Both the position numbers and the translations under genes were made by a program. A DNA stretch of 24,668 bases, from positions 1-24,668 of IMG/VR virus record IMGVR_UViG_2563366840_000014. The stretch is one strand, 5' to 3'. Below, piece by piece: positions 15,573 through 23,510 of the stretch (the first letter of the stretch is position 1; each line of letters begins with the position of its first letter). Source of the DNA: a virus (lineage: Duplodnaviria > Heunggongvirae > Uroviricota > Caudoviricetes). The notes below the pieces were generated by a model. The model saw only the letters and a list, made by a program, of their open reading frames with translations. It did not search any database and was not told where the DNA came from.

Positions 15573-15600
15573 CCTCGCTTCGGCGGGGTTTTTGCTTTTC
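15573..15600 (+). terminator. Rho-independent terminator (tR'-like)
   Basis: Imperfect GC stem CCTCGC / GCGGGG around TTCG loop, followed by TTTTTGCTTTTC. Confidence 0.6.
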
Positions 15601-15612
15601 TGGAGGTCAATA

Positions 15613-15870
15613 ATGCAGGGCGAAAAGCAGCAGCCATATTTTTTTAACCCTGGTATGACTGTTGAACAGCTTGAAGACTGGCTGGAGCAGCAAAAGCTTC
15701 ATCTAAGCCGCTATAACCGTCTGGTAAAAGAAAAAGCAGAGCTTGAAGAACGGCTCAGTGATATTTCTGTGGAAATTGAACGAATGTCTGCTGGTGGTTT
15801 TAACGGAAAGTTGAGTTTCCCTTGGGAGTCAAGTTCGCTTCTGAGAAATCATCAACAGGGTAGTGTTTGA
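15613..15870 (+). CDS. Hypothetical protein (85 aa) between tR' and the lysis genes
   Basis: Start at internal Met just after the terminator with GGAGG RBS at 6-nt spacing; charged, helical-looking sequence. Confidence 0.5.
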   Translation: MQGEKQQPYFFNPGMTVEQLEDWLEQQKLHLSRYNRLVKEKAELEERLSDISVEIERMSAGGFNGKLSFPWESSSLLRNHQQGSV

Positions 15871-15949
15871 CTGAAATAATAAACAGAATGTCATTAAGAT
15901 CCCTTCCCCTCATATCTGAGAGGACCAACAGCAATTAAGAGGGGGCTAA

Positions 15950-16336
15950 ATGTCCGATCCGATTTCCGGTACTGGGCTGGCTGGTGGTGCCCTGACGGGG
16001 GCCAGTGTTTATGGACTGCTGACCGGAACTGATTACGGCGTTGTATTTGGCGCATTTGCAGGGGCTGTATTCTACATAGCAACAGCAGCAGATCTGAGTG
16101 CATCGCGCCGACTGGCATATTTTATCGTGTCATATATTGCCGGGATTCTTTGCTCTGGGTTGGTTGGCTCCAAGCTGGCGAACTTGACCGGATACAGTGA
16201 TAAACCTCTGGATGCTATTGGTGCCGTAATCGTCTCTGCTTTAGCCGTTAAAATCCTGACGTTCCTGAATAATCAGGATATCGGCTCGCTGGTGGCGCTC
16301 ATAACGCGCCGGGGAGGTTCAGGTGGAGCTAAATGA
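15950..16336 (+). CDS. Putative holin / lysis membrane protein (128 aa)
   Basis: Gly/Ala-rich hydrophobic segments; first gene of the lysis cassette; AGAGGGGG RBS. Confidence 0.5.
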   Translation: MSDPISGTGLAGGALTGASVYGLLTGTDYGVVFGAFAGAVFYIATAADLSASRRLAYFIVSYIAGILCSGLVGSKLANLTGYSDKPLDAIGAVIVSALAVKILTFLNNQDIGSLVALITRRGGSGGAK

Positions 16337-16604
16337 CCCGACAGCAACTATAAATGCGCTGTTATGTGCTTGTGTTGTTATTACTCTGATGTTTTATCGT
16401 CGTGGTGATTCGCGGCATCGTCCTTGGGTTTCACGTTTAGCCTGGCTGATTACTGTTACATACAGTGCTGTTCCGTTGGCCTATCTCTGTGGGATTTATC
16501 CCCATTCCTCATGGCCCATTATCGTGGCGAACACTATTTTTCTTTCCGTGCTGGTGGCCGTAAGAGGCAACGTTGCACGTCTGGTTGATCATCTGAGGCA
16601 CTAA
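16323..16604 (+). CDS. Second small membrane protein of the lysis cassette (holin or antiholin-like)
   Basis: Hydrophobic 93-aa ORF overlapping the upstream gene end and abutting the endolysin start. Confidence 0.4.
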   Translation: MELNDPTATINALLCACVVITLMFYRRGDSRHRPWVSRLAWLITVTYSAVPLAYLCGIYPHSSWPIIVANTIFLSVLVAVRGNVARLVDHLRH

Positions 16605-17218
16605 TGAACCAACAATTATTTCAAAAGGCGGCTGGTATTAGCGCCGGGCTGGCTGCGCGCTGGTTTCCGCACATTGATGCGGCGATGAAGGAATTCGGCA
16701 TTACAGCACCAGCGGATCAGGCAATGTTTATTGCTCAGGTAGGCCATGAGTCGATGGGGTTTAGCGCCGTAGTTGAAAATTTTAACTACACACCATCTGC
16801 GCTTGTGGCGACGTTCGGAAAGAGGATCACACAGCAGCAGGCTGATGCCCTTGGCAGAACATCCGGACATGCAGCTCGTCAGGATGCTATTGCCAATCTT
16901 GTGTATAGCAACCGGCTGGGTAACAAAGCACCCGGTGATGGCTGGAAATATCGCGGTAGAGGATTAATTCAAATCACTGGCCTCCATAATTATCGCATCT
17001 GTGGCGCGGCGCTGAAGTTAGATCTGGTGACTTCACCTGAACAACTGGAGCAGGATCTACAGGCCGCGCGCTCAGCTGCATGGTTCTACACATCTAAAGG
17101 CTGCATGGTCTACGGTGCCGATATTAATCGTGTTACGCGCATCATTAACGGCGGTCTGAACGGTATTGAGGATCGTAAGATTCGATACAACAAGGCGCGG
17201 GCGGCGCTGCTGGTATGA
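16604..17218 (+). CDS. Endolysin, glycoside hydrolase family 19 (chitinase-like)
   Basis: ...VGHESMGF... and ...YRGRGLIQITG..NY... motifs typical of GH19 phage endolysins. Confidence 0.8.
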   Translation: MNQQLFQKAAGISAGLAARWFPHIDAAMKEFGITAPADQAMFIAQVGHESMGFSAVVENFNYTPSALVATFGKRITQQQADALGRTSGHAARQDAIANLVYSNRLGNKAPGDGWKYRGRGLIQITGLHNYRICGAALKLDLVTSPEQLEQDLQAARSAAWFYTSKGCMVYGADINRVTRIINGGLNGIEDRKIRYNKARAALLV

Positions 17219-17676
17219 AGACGAGTTATTGGGCGCTCATTTTAACGTTTATTGCTTGTATTGCTGGTGGTCTTGTCTGGTCAGCTAATCATTACCACAA
17301 TAAAGCCATTGAATACAAAAAACAGCGCGATGAAAACGCTATGGCATTAGATTCGGCTATGGCGACGATCTCTGATATGCAGAAGCGTCAACGTGACGTA
17401 GCAGAACTCGATGCCAGATATACAAAGGAGCTTGCTGATGCTAACGCCACTATCGAAAGTCTCCGTGCTGATGTTTCTGCTGGTCGTAAGCGCCTGCAAG
17501 TCTCCGCCACCTGTGCAAAGTCAACGACCGGAGCCAGCAGCATGGGCGATGGAGAAAGCCCAAGACTTACAGCAGATGCTGAACTCAATTATTACCGTCT
17601 CCGAAGTGGAATAGACAGGATAACCGCGCAGGTTAACTACCTGCAGGAGTACATCAGGGCTCAGTGCCTGAAATAA
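17215..17676 (+). CDS. Rz-like i-spanin
   Basis: N-terminal transmembrane segment followed by coiled-coil-like sequence; contains an embedded lipoprotein ORF in the +1 frame. Confidence 0.75.
   Translation: MKTSYWALILTFIACIAGGLVWSANHYHNKAIEYKKQRDENAMALDSAMATISDMQKRQRDVAELDARYTKELADANATIESLRADVSAGRKRLQVSATCAKSTTGASSMGDGESPRLTADAELNYYRLRSGIDRITAQVNYLQEYIRAQCLK
17438..17614 (+). CDS. Rz1-like o-spanin lipoprotein embedded in Rz
   Basis: Signal peptide with lipobox LVVSAC and Pro-rich mature region; AAGGAG RBS 7 nt before the ATG at 17438. Confidence 0.65.
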   Translation: MLTPLSKVSVLMFLLVVSACKSPPPVQSQRPEPAAWAMEKAQDLQQMLNSIITVSEVE

Positions 17677-17707
17677 TTTTTTTGCAAATCACAAAGTCCA
17701 TTTAATG

Positions 17708-17731
17708 AGCCTCGCGATGCGGGGCTTTTTT
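17708..17731 (+). terminator. Rho-independent terminator after the lysis cassette
   Basis: Stem AGCCTCGC / GCGGGGCT with loop GAT, followed by TTTTTT. Confidence 0.6.
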
Positions 17732-17878
17732 ATGTCCGCAGTAAACGCGCTTCACACGCGCGACTTATGAACACAGAACCTTTCAGGATGACCCTTGAGG
17801 ATGCCGGTTTGGTGATCGGTACCTTTCTGTGGGCCGGAATCCTGTGTGACAAGGTTCATCACTAAAAGGTAATTACTG

Positions 17879-18409
17879 ATGAAGTACCCAACAGTTATTG
17901 TCAATGGTGTGTCCGTTCGTGTTGATGAGGATGGACGCTACAACTTAAACGATCTCCATGCAGCAGCAGTTGCAAATGGAGAGGCTACAGAGCAACAGCG
18001 CCCAAGCCAGTTTTTGCGTAGCGCGCAGATAAAACGCTTCATAAAAGCACTGGAGGCCAAAGTGCAAAAAAGCACTTTGGAACAAATTCAGCCACTTAAA
18101 ATAATCAAAGGTGGTGCAGAACCAGGTGTGTGGGGTGTTGAACTTCTGGCAATCAGATATGCAGCATGGATTAAGCCGGAATTTGAAATCGAAGTTTATG
18201 AAGTTTTCAAAACGGTTGTCCGTCTCGGCGTTGGCGCAATGTCCCGTCTGAATAGAATCGATCACATCATCAATACTGAAACCAAAGCGATAAGCCAGTG
18301 CGCAAGCCAAATGGCTAAGTGGGGCGTTGGTGGGCGAAAAAGATTGCTTCATGTTGCACGTGAGAGAGCGGCAAATGAAGTGCAAATGTATTTGCCCGGA
18401 ATGGTGTGA
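17879..18409 (+). CDS. KilA-N domain protein (second paralog)
   Basis: N-terminus (VIVNGVSVRVDEDGRYNLNDLHAAAVA...) is clearly paralogous to the 12890-13699 protein. Confidence 0.65.
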   Translation: MKYPTVIVNGVSVRVDEDGRYNLNDLHAAAVANGEATEQQRPSQFLRSAQIKRFIKALEAKVQKSTLEQIQPLKIIKGGAEPGVWGVELLAIRYAAWIKPEFEIEVYEVFKTVVRLGVGAMSRLNRIDHIINTETKAISQCASQMAKWGVGGRKRLLHVARERAANEVQMYLPGMV

Positions 18410-18724
18410 TTTCGCAGGTTAATCCAGTTTTTGCATTACGGCAGTACAGCGAAACAACCCAAGCCAGTAAGTGGGGAAATAACACTGGCAGCCACTGAAA
18501 GATGAACCTCCAGCCTTATGGCAAAAAAGATTCTTTGTGGTGGCGGACTGATGGAAAGACATCGGTTATTGCAGAGGCCATTCAATGAGTGGTCTCGACA
18601 ATGGCTTATACCCTGCACGGGATAACTTAACTGATATCCCTTTTAACGGATAAACGGAGCCAATAATGGCAGAGAATGTCGGCATTATGGCAGTGAAATT
18701 TGGATAAATCGGAGATTAGTACAT

Positions 18725-19075
18725 ATGCCGCCACGAATCCCAAAAGCCTGCCGTGTTCGCGGTTGCCGCCATACCACCACAGATCCGTCAGGCTATTGTG
18801 AAAGCCACAAAAGCGAAGGCTGGAAGCAATACAAACCTGGACAATCCCGTCATCAGCGCGGCTACGGTTCGAAGTGGGACAGTATCCGCGTGCGCATATT
18901 GAAGCGTGACAAAGGCCTGTGTCAGTTATGTCTGCGTGCTGGTGTGGTGCGTGAGGCGAAAACCGTTGACCACATCATTCCTAAAGCGCATGGCGGCACT
19001 GATGCCGACAGTAATCTGCAGAGTCTGTGCTGGCCCTGCCATAAGGCGAAGACGGCCCGTGAACGGTTAAAGTGA
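18725..19075 (+). CDS. HNH endonuclease (terminase-associated)
   Basis: Cys-rich N-terminus and ...VDHIIPKAHGGTDADSNLQSLCWPCH... HNH motif; sits directly upstream of terS. Confidence 0.8.
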   Translation: MPPRIPKACRVRGCRHTTTDPSGYCESHKSEGWKQYKPGQSRHQRGYGSKWDSIRVRILKRDKGLCQLCLRAGVVREAKTVDHIIPKAHGGTDADSNLQSLCWPCHKAKTARERLK

Positions 19076-19101
19076 TAATAATTCTCAACTGTCTGAGGGG
19101 A

Positions 19102-19161
19102 GGGGCGGGTCAAATCCCTGTGACCTGACGTCTTCCGGACTGCCCGCCCCATCGTTTTTTT
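19102..19161 (+). other. GC-rich compound hairpin with T-run (terminator and/or cos-region candidate)
   Basis: GGGGCGGG (19102-19109) pairs with CCCGCCCC (19143-19150); inner palindromes GGTCA...TGACC and GACGTC; followed by seven T. Confidence 0.4.
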
Positions 19162-19200
19162 ATACCCGCGAAAAATGAAATTTAACCAGGAGTGCCGCAT

Positions 19201-19686
19201 ATGGCTGGAACGGCGGGGCGTTCCGGGCGTCGCCCCAAGCCAACGGCGCGCAAGGCGCTGGCCGGAAACCCCGGCAAGCGAGCCCTGAACAAAGATGAAC
19301 CTGTTTTTACGCCCATCAAAGGCGTTGAGCCACCGGAGTGGTTCGCAGAAGAAAATCTCCCTCTCGCCACGATCATGTGGCAACTGACAACTAAAGAACT
19401 CTGCGGTCAGGGCCTGCTGTGCGTGACTGACCTCGCGGTGCTTGAGCGGTGGTGCGTGGCCTATGAGTTCTGGCGACGTGCCGTGAAAAATATTGCCAGC
19501 CAGGGCAACACCATTACCGGTGCAATGGGCGGTATGGTCAAAAACCCGGAGCTGACCGCCAAGAAAGAACAGGAGTCCGAGATGAGCAGCACGGGGGCAA
19601 TGCTCGGACTCGACCCCAGCAGCCGCCAGCGTCTGATTGGCCTGGCGGGGAAGAAGAAAGCCACTAACCCGTTTCTGACAATCTGA
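19201..19686 (+). CDS. Terminase small subunit (P27 family)
   Basis: [14 protein letters not shown]... N-terminus typical of P27-family TerS; AGGAG RBS. Confidence 0.75.
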   Translation: MAGTAGRSGRRPKPTARKALAGNPGKRALNKDEPVFTPIKGVEPPEWFAEENLPLATIMWQLTTKELCGQGLLCVTDLAVLERWCVAYEFWRRAVKNIASQGNTITGAMGGMVKNPELTAKKEQESEMSSTGAMLGLDPSSRQRLIGLAGKKKATNPFLTI

Positions 19687-19699
19687 AAATCATCGAATC

Positions 19700-21433
19700 A
19701 TGAGCCGGAAATCTTACCCCAACGTAAATGCTGCCAATCAGTATGCCCGGGATGTCGTGCGCGGAAAGATTGTGGCCTGCCAGTTTGTGATTCAGGCCTG
19801 CCAGCGCCATCTTGATGACCTGATGGCGGAAAAAAGTAAGTCGTTTCGTTACCGCTTCGACAAGGATCTGGCTGAACGGGCCGCCAAATTTATTCAGCTG
19901 TTGCCGCACACCAAGGGTGAGTGGGCATTTAAACGGATGCCCATCACGCTGGAGCCGTGGCAGCTCTTTGTGATCTGCTGCGCGTTTGGCTGGGTCAATA
20001 AAGGCTCCCGGCTGCGCCGCTTCCGTGAGGTGTATACCGAAATCCCCCGTAAGAACGGCAAATCGGCAATCTCTGCCGGTGTCGCCCTGTATTGTTTTGC
20101 CTGTGATAACGAGTTCGGCGCGGAAGTGTATTCCGGTGCCACGACGGAGAAACAGGCATGGGAAGTCTTTCGTCCGGCGCGACTGATGTGTAAACGCACA
20201 CCCATGCTGACGGAAGCGTTCGGGATTGAGGTTAACGCCTCAAACATGAACCGTCCGGAGGATGGTGCGCGTTTTGAACCGCTGATCGGTAACCCCGGTG
20301 ATGGTTCATCACCCCACTGTGCGGTGGTGGATGAATATCACGAGCACGCCACAGATGCGCTTTACACCACAATGCTTACCGGGATGGGGGCGCGACGTCA
20401 GCCACTGATGTGGGCTATCACTACCGCCGGGTACAACATTGAGGGGCCGTGCTACGACAAACGGCGGGAAGTCATCGAGATGCTCAACGGTTCGGTACCC
20501 AACGATGAACTGTTCGGGATCATCTATACCGTTGACGAAGGTGACGACTGGACCGACCCGCAGGTGCTGGAAAAAGCCAATCCAAATATTGGCGTGTCGG
20601 TTTATCGCGAATTTTTGTTAAGTCAGCAGCAGCGTGCGAAAAATAACGCCCGTCTGGCAAACGTCTTTAAAACAAAACACCTCAATATCTGGGTGTCGGC
20701 GCGTTCGGCGTATTTCAACCTGGTGAGCTGGCAGAGCTGCGAGGATAAATCACTGACTCTTGAGCAATTCGAGGGGCAGCCGTGCATTCTGGCCTTTGAC
20801 CTGGCGCGTAAACTGGATATGAACAGCATGGCGCGACTTTATACCCGCGAGATTGACGGTAAAACGCATTACTACAGTGTGGCCCCGCGTTTCTGGGTAC
20901 CGTATGACACGGTGTACAGCGTCGAGAAAAATGAAGATCGACGGACAGCCGAACGCTTTCAGAAATGGGTGGAAATGGGCGTTCTGACCGTTACCGATGG
21001 TGCGGAGGTGGATTATCGCTACATCCTCGAGGAGGCCAAAGCGGCGAACAAAATCAGCCCGGTCAGTGAGTCACCCATCGACCCCTTCGGGGCGACCGGG
21101 TTGTCACATGACCTTGCTGATGAAGACCTGAACCCCATCACTATCATTCAGAACTACACCAACATGTCCGACCCGATGAAAGAGCTGGAAGCGGCAATTG
21201 AATCGGGGCGCTTTCATCATGATGGCAATCCCATCATGACCTGGTGTATCGGTAACGTGGTCGGCAAAACCATTCCGGGTAACGATGATGTGGTGAAGCC
21301 CGTCAAAGAGCAGGCGGAAAACAAAATCGATGGTGCAGTTGCGCTGATTATGGCGGTTGGCAGAGCCATGCTGTACGAGAAAGAAGACACGCTGTCTGAC
21401 CACATTGAGTCCTATGGGATCCGCTCGCTTTAA
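19700..21433 (+). CDS. Terminase large subunit
   Basis: 577-aa ORF directly after terS with ATPase and nuclease-type layout typical of HK97-like TerL. Confidence 0.85.
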
Positions 21434-21444
21434 CTGAGGTAATT

Positions 21445-21627
21445 ATGATCATGCTGATTCTCGCGCCTCTGGTGGGCGTGCTGGGGGCGCTTTTGCTGGC
21501 GTATGGTGCCTGGCTGATTTATCCCCCGGCGGGGTTTGTTGTTGCCGGGGCGTTGTGCCTGTTCTGGTCGTGGCTGGTGGCGCGATATCTCGACCGTACA
21601 CAGTCGTCTGTCGGCGGAGGTAAATAG
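21445..21627 (+). CDS. Small hydrophobic protein (60 aa) between terL and portal
   Basis: GAGG RBS; two predicted hydrophobic helices; stop overlaps the portal GTG start. Confidence 0.4.
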
Positions 21628-22868
21628 TGTTCTTTTCGGGATTATTTCAACGAAAAAGTGACGCACCGGTGACCACGCCAGCAGAGCTGGCGGATGCTAT
21701 AGGGTTGTCCTACGACACCTATACCGGAAAGCAGATCAGCAGCCAGCGGGCCATGCGACTGACGGCGGTTTTTTCCTGTGTCAGGGTGCTGGCGGAGTCG
21801 GTCGGGATGTTGCCCTGCAACCTGTATCACCTGAACGGCAGCCTGAAGCAGAGAGCCACTGGCGAACGTCTGCATAAGCTGATCTCCACGCATCCCAATG
21901 GCTATATGACGCCGCAGGAGTTCTGGGAGCTGGTGGTCACCTGTCTGTGCCTGCGGGGAAACTTTTACGCCTACAAAGTGAAAGCATTTGGCGAAGTGGC
22001 TGAACTGCTGCCCGTCGATCCCGGCAGTGTGGTACCGAAGCTTAACAGTAGCTGGGAGCCGGTCTATCAGGTCACATTCCCGGATGGCTCCACGGATGTA
22101 CTGAGCCAGGAGGATATCTGGCATGTGCGCACGCTGACGCTGGACGGACTGGTGGGGCTGAATCCCATCGCCTATGCCCGCGAGGCAATATCGCTGGCGG
22201 CAGCGACCGAAGAGCACGGGGCCAGACTGTTCAGCAATGGCGCGGTGACGTCGGGTGTGTTGCGTACAGAGCAGACGCTGTCAGATCAGGCTTATGAGCG
22301 CCTGAAGAAAGATTTTGAGGAGCGTCACACCGGGCTTGGCAATGCTCACCGCCCGATGATCCTTGAGATGGGGCTGGACTGGAAGTCGATGGCGCTGAAC
22401 GCCGAGGACAGCCAGTTCCTGGAAACCCGCAAGTTTCAGCTTGAAGAAATCTGTCGTCTGTTCCGGGTGCCGTTGCACATGGTGCAGAACACCGATCGCG
22501 CCACCTTCAACAATATCGAAGAGCTGGGGCTGGGATTTATCAACTATTCACTGGTGCCGTATCTGACCCGCATCGAACAGCGGATCAACACCGGACTGGT
22601 ACGAAAAAGTAAGCAGGGCGTTTATTACGCCAAATTTAACGCCGGGGCGTTACTGCGCGGGGATATGAAGTCCCGTTTTGAAGCCTACGCCACCGGGATC
22701 AACTGGGGAATTTACTCTCCCAATGACTGCCGCGACCTGGAAGATATGAATCCGCGTCCCGGTGGTGATGTCTATCTCACACCGATGAACATGACCACGA
22801 AACCCTCCGATGGTAGTAAAGCCGGTAAGCAGAAGGATAACGCCAATGCAGACGAAACAACGTCTTGA
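21627..22868 (+). CDS. Portal protein (HK97 family)
   Basis: GTG start after GGAGG; 413 aa; position and composition typical of HK97-type portals. Confidence 0.85.
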   Translation: MFFSGLFQRKSDAPVTTPAELADAIGLSYDTYTGKQISSQRAMRLTAVFSCVRVLAESVGMLPCNLYHLNGSLKQRATGERLHKLISTHPNGYMTPQEFWELVVTCLCLRGNFYAYKVKAFGEVAELLPVDPGSVVPKLNSSWEPVYQVTFPDGSTDVLSQEDIWHVRTLTLDGLVGLNPIAYAREAISLAAATEEHGARLFSNGAVTSGVLRTEQTLSDQAYERLKKDFEERHTGLGNAHRPMILEMGLDWKSMALNAEDSQFLETRKFQLEEICRLFRVPLHMVQNTDRATFNNIEELGLGFINYSLVPYLTRIEQRINTGLVRKSKQGVYYAKFNAGALLRGDMKSRFEAYATGINWGIYSPNDCRDLEDMNPRPGGDVYLTPMNMTTKPSDGSKAGKQKDNANADETTS

Positions 22869-23496
22869 TGTACCGCTGAGTCTGAAATCTGTCAGTGACT
22901 CCGGTGAGTTTGAAGGGTATGGCTCCGTCTTTGGTGTAAAGGACAGCCACGATGATGTGGTGATGTCCGGGGCATTTGCTGCTTCCCTGCGGGCGTGGAG
23001 TGACAGAAAAGCGTTACCTGCGCTGCTCTGGCAGCACCGCATGGATGAACCCATCGGTGTTTACACCGAAATGAAGGAAGACGATGTCGGGCTTTACGTC
23101 AGGGGACGGTTGCTTATTGATGATGATCCCCTCGCAAAACGCGCACATGCACACATGAAGGCCGGTTCGTTAACCGGCCTTTCTATTGGGTATGTCCTGA
23201 AAGACTGGGAATACGACCGGAGCAAAGAAGCCTTTCTGCTGAAAGAAATCGACCTCTGGGAAGTCAGCCTGGTGACGTTCCCGTCTAACGACGAGGCGCG
23301 GATCAGCGACGTCAAGAACGCACTGGCCCGCGGGGAAATCCCCGAACAGAAAAAAATCGAAAGAGTCCTGCGTGATGTCGGACTCTCCCGTACCCAGGCC
23401 AAAGCATTCATGGCCGGGGGCTATGGCGCACTGTCCCTGCGCGACGCTGAGGATGTGGGCTCTGCACTGAATGCACTGAAAAATCTGAACTTCTAA
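22846..23496 (+). CDS. Prohead maturation protease (HK97 / S78 family)
   Basis: Start at internal Met with AAGGA RBS; follows the portal; ...GYGSVFGVKDSHDDVV... N-terminal region. Confidence 0.8.
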   Translation: MQTKQRLDVPLSLKSVSDSGEFEGYGSVFGVKDSHDDVVMSGAFAASLRAWSDRKALPALLWQHRMDEPIGVYTEMKEDDVGLYVRGRLLIDDDPLAKRAHAHMKAGSLTGLSIGYVLKDWEYDRSKEAFLLKEIDLWEVSLVTFPSNDEARISDVKNALARGEIPEQKKIERVLRDVGLSRTQAKAFMAGGYGALSLRDAEDVGSALNALKNLNF

Positions 23497-23510
23497 TCAG
23501 GAGAAATACG

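Noticed and set aside
18436-18618. 60-aa minus-strand ORF in the gap before HNH
   Set aside because: Cys/Ser-rich implausible translation, no RBS; the region is treated as non-coding.
19894-21405. Several ORFs inside terL on both strands (for example 19894-20247 minus, 21104-21403 minus)
   Set aside because: Embedded in a well-supported 577-aa terminase gene; no start signals; typical shadow ORFs.
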